DNA of 64,000 nucleotides from an uncultured Candidatus Actinomarinales bacterium (GTDB lineage Bacteria; Actinomycetota; Acidimicrobiia; Actinomarinales; Actinomarinaceae): NCBI GenBank assembly GCA_943789065.1, contig CALSSQ010000001.1, positions 188,619 to 252,618 of the forward strand, read 5' to 3'. Shown piece by piece: positions 61,294 to 64,000 of this stretch (position 1 is its first letter; each line of letters starts with the position of its first letter). The notes under the pieces were generated by a model. It saw only the letters and a program-made list of their open reading frames with translations, ran no database searches and was not told where the DNA came from. The position numbers and the translations under genes were made by a program.

Positions 61294-62490
61294 ATGGAAA
61301 TTGTAACCTACGTAGACAATCTATGGATATTAATTGCCGGAATTCTAGTTATGTTCATGCAGCCAGGTTTCATGCTTGTAGAAACTGGATTTACACGATC
61401 TAAAAACTCAGTCAATATTGTTATGAAGAACTTTATGGACTTTTCAGTCGGGGCTCTCACTTACTGGGCTTTTGGATTTGCACTTGCTTACGGTGGTTCT
61501 ACTTTGGGAGGATTTATTGCGTATGGTAATTTCTTTTTAGAGGGAGAATCTTCTACTTATTTTTTTCAGGTAGTATTTGCAGCTACTGCGGCGACCATCG
61601 TTTCTGGGTCTGTCGCTGAGAGAACTAAATTTAGTTCATATCTACTTTTCCAACCCTTTATATGCGGATTAATATATCCAATAGTTACCCACTGGGTATG
61701 GAGTGGTCAAGGTTGGTTAACTGACATTGGGTTTGTAGACTTTGCAGGCTCAGGCGTTGTACATATGGTTGGTGGTTTTGCTGCTCTTGCAGGAATACAG
61801 GTAGTTGGTCCACGTATAGGGAAATTTGATAGCAACGGAAAACCTCTTCCTATTCCTGGTAGCTCAATGGTAGCCGCTGCACTTGGCGTATTTATTTTGT
61901 GGTTTGGATGGTATGGATTCAATGTAGGATCTGCTTTAGCGGCAGTCGATGTTGATTTAGCAGCAATAGCGGTAACTACCACATTGTCAGCATCAGCTGC
62001 GTCAGTAGCTGCAATGTATACTTCAATGATTGCTGGAAAACCCAATGTCGGAATGACTCTTAACGGTGCATTATCTGGACTTGTTGGAATAACAGCTGGT
62101 TGTGCAAATGTTAACAATTTAGGTGCAGTCATAATCGGACTTGTCTCAGGCGTTCTTGTTGTAGGATCGATAAATCTAATTGAGCGAAAGGGGCTAGATG
62201 ATGCAGTTGGAGCAGTTTCTGTGCATGGTGTCTGCGGTGCATGGGGTGTTTTAGCTGTAAGTTTATTTGATACATCTGAAGGCGTTTTTTACGGAGGGAC
62301 CTCATTACTTGTTCCACAAGTTATTGGGATTTTAGCTATAGGTTCATGGGCTTACTTGACTTCTTACGCGGTATTAAAGGTTATTGATTTAAATTTTGGA
62401 TTAAGAGTATCAAAAGAAGAAGAGATTGCTGGTCTTGATGTTTCTGAACATGGAACAACAGCATATGGTGATTTCATTCTAAAAAAATAA
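61294..62490 (+). CDS. amtB: Ammonium transporter
   Basis: MQPGF, IVSGSVAER, DFAGSGVVH, WFGWYGFN, GLDVSEHG; AGGAGA RBS. Confidence 0.96.
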   Translation: MEIVTYVDNLWILIAGILVMFMQPGFMLVETGFTRSKNSVNIVMKNFMDFSVGALTYWAFGFALAYGGSTLGGFIAYGNFFLEGESSTYFFQVVFAATAATIVSGSVAERTKFSSYLLFQPFICGLIYPIVTHWVWSGQGWLTDIGFVDFAGSGVVHMVGGFAALAGIQVVGPRIGKFDSNGKPLPIPGSSMVAAALGVFILWFGWYGFNVGSALAAVDVDLAAIAVTTTLSASAASVAAMYTSMIAGKPNVGMTLNGALSGLVGITAGCANVNNLGAVIIGLVSGVLVVGSINLIERKGLDDAVGAVSVHGVCGAWGVLAVSLFDTSEGVFYGGTSLLVPQVIGILAIGSWAYLTSYAVLKVIDLNFGLRVSKEEEIAGLDVSEHGTTAYGDFILKK

Positions 62491-62510
62491 ACAATTAAAA
62501 AACTCATTAT

Positions 62511-62569
62511 TAGAAAGTCAGTCTTTCGTATCAAGGTTTCCCCCTTAATGTGACCAGACTGATTTTCTA
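62511..62569 (+). terminator. Long hairpin between amtB and gltB
   Basis: tagaaagtcagtct/agactgattttcta 14-bp outer stem plus an imperfect inner stem, followed by tttatt. Confidence 0.65.
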
Positions 62570-62608
62570 TTTATTACTAGGGAAGGTTGTAGTAAAATTA
62601 TAAGACTT

Positions 62609-64000
62609 ATGGGATTTGATTTTACAGAGAAAGACTCTTGCGGAGTTGGCTTTATAGCCTCTAGAGGGCTTCCTCCAACTCATGGAATGACTCTTAAAAT
62701 ATTAGAATGCCTTTCAAACCTTGACCATAGAGGTGCTAAGTTTGCAGATGGAACAGGGGATGGAGCAGGAGTTCTAACTGAAATTCCCTATGAACTCATT
62801 AATGCGGAACTAAAAGAGAGAGACATAACACTTGGTAAAGGAAAAAAATTAGGATTAATTTCATGTTTTTTCGAAGCTAAGGAATTAAATGAATCAAAAG
62901 AAATAATTGAAAAAAAACTTTCGGATTTTAAAATTGATCTTCTGTATTGGAGAAAAGTTCCCACAGATAAAGAAGTATTAGGTACATTAGCAAAACAATC
63001 TAAACCAGCGATTTTTCATGCTGTCATTTCCTCCGACGAAAAAAATGAGAAAATATTTGAGAAAACTTTATATTTATTCAGAAAAGCATTAGAAAAAGAA
63101 ATTTCTAATCATAAGTTTTTGAATATACATATAAACTCATGTTCTTCCAGAACAGTTGTTTATAAAGGTCTTTTCACTGCAACACAAGCTTCAGATTTCT
63201 ATTGGGATTTAAGAAATCCTTTATTTAAGACGAGATTTGGTATATTTCATCAAAGGTTTTCAACAAATACATCTTCAACTTGGGACAAAGCTCAACCACT
63301 TCGCATGCTTGCTCACAATGGTGAAATTAATACAATAACCGCTAATTATTCATGGATGCAGGCGCGCGAAGTTGATGCTACTTCTAGTTTTTGGAAAGAT
63401 GATATTAATACACTCAAACCATTTATTGATGAGGACATATCAGACTCCGGGCAGTTAGATAATGCAGTTGAGTTGTTAGTACAATCTGGTAGAACTTTAG
63501 CGCACGCTCAAGAGATGCTTATGCCATCTGCTTGGGAGAACAATCCAAGGTTCACAGATGATGAAAAAGCATTTTATCAATATCATTCGTTCCTAACTGA
63601 ACCATGGGATGGTCCAGCAGCTATCGTTGCTTCAGATGGTTTAGACATTATTGCAGGTTTAGATAGAAGTGGGTTAAGGCCTATGAGGTGGATGGTCTCA
63701 GATAGATATATACTTGCAGCTTCAGAAGTTGGAATTTGTCCATCAGTTGAAGCTGGTGCATACAAAACAGCACAATTAGAACCCGGGCAAACTATCAGAT
63801 ACAGAATAAATGATGATGAATTGCTTGATGAAAAAGAAGTAATACAAAAATTAAGTATAAAAAATCCATATAAAGAATGGGTTAATTCAAAACCTCTAAA
63901 TGTAGATACAGAATTTAGCGACTTGGAGGATAAAAGTATAGACATCGATTTGTTGTCTTCATATTTTGACTACACACCAGAAGAACAAAGACTAATCCTT
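62609..64000 (+). CDS. gltB: Glutamate synthase large subunit (runs off the window end; absent from the ORF track)
   Basis: MGFDFTEKDSCGVGF, HRGA..DG.GDGAG, HQRFSTNT, LAHNGEINT, EPWDGPA, DRSGLRP; frame open from ATG 62609. Confidence 0.95.
   Translation, partial: MGFDFTEKDSCGVGFIASRGLPPTHGMTLKILECLSNLDHRGAKFADGTGDGAGVLTEIPYELINAELKERDITLGKGKKLGLISCFFEAKELNESKEIIEKKLSDFKIDLLYWRKVPTDKEVLGTLAKQSKPAIFHAVISSDEKNEKIFEKTLYLFRKALEKEISNHKFLNIHINSCSSRTVVYKGLFTATQASDFYWDLRNPLFKTRFGIFHQRFSTNTSSTWDKAQPLRMLAHNGEINTITANYSWMQAREVDATSSFWKDDINTLKPFIDEDISDSGQLDNAVELLVQSGRTLAHAQEMLMPSAWENNPRFTDDEKAFYQYHSFLTEPWDGPAAIVASDGLDIIAGLDRSGLRPMRWMVSDRYILAASEVGICPSVEAGAYKTAQLEPGQTIRYRINDDELLDEKEVIQKLSIKNPYKEWVNSKPLNVDTEFSDLEDKSIDIDLLSSYFDYTPEEQRLIL

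Noticed and set aside
62511-62590. Glutamine (glnA-type) riboswitch ahead of gltB
   Set aside because: I could not find the three-way-junction consensus; a single long hairpin with a T-rich tail fits a terminator better. An Rfam scan would settle it.
63583-63945. 120-aa minus-strand ORF
   Set aside because: Antisense to gltB, which is open from 62609 but missing from the track because it has no stop in the window.

Overview
AT-rich (roughly one-third GC by eye) bacterial chromosome segment. Actinobacterial markers (class E-like sortases, MshB-like deacetylase, GlnR-type box before amtB, Ni-SOD, korAB) suggest a streamlined marine actinobacterium such as Ca. Actinomarinales; this is an inference. 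The window has two halves. (1) About 1-32,100 is an accessory cell-surface island built from three tandem, diverged copies of one cassette: TetR regulator, then a large secreted protein made of Cys-bounded ~100-aa repeats ending in a (I/L)AATG or LPVTG sorting signal, then a dedicated two-TM sortase, then (copies 2 and 3) a multi-TM membrane protein and a Thr-stalked HExxH metalloprotease. An inverted beta-propeller surface-protein gene sits between copies 2 and 3. Notable features: a substrate-sortase fusion ORF, a sortase carrying a RecA C-terminal-like domain, a Tyr/Ile change in the sortases that tracks the Ala/Pro change in the sorting signals, a 3,750-aa surface protein, exact intragenic duplications, VNTR stalks and three frameshifts. 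(2) About 32,170-64,000 is mostly housekeeping: BASS transporter, rho-rpmE2-DUF1385-prfA-prmC-tsaC-glyA, the F0F1 operon, mshB-like, pstSCAB-phoU plus two-component system, Na/Pi transporter and second PhoU, korAB, sodX/sodN, metG, amtB and the 5' part of gltB. No rRNA, tRNA, CRISPR array, integrase or transposase was recognised. All family assignments are from motif recognition by eye; no database searches were run.
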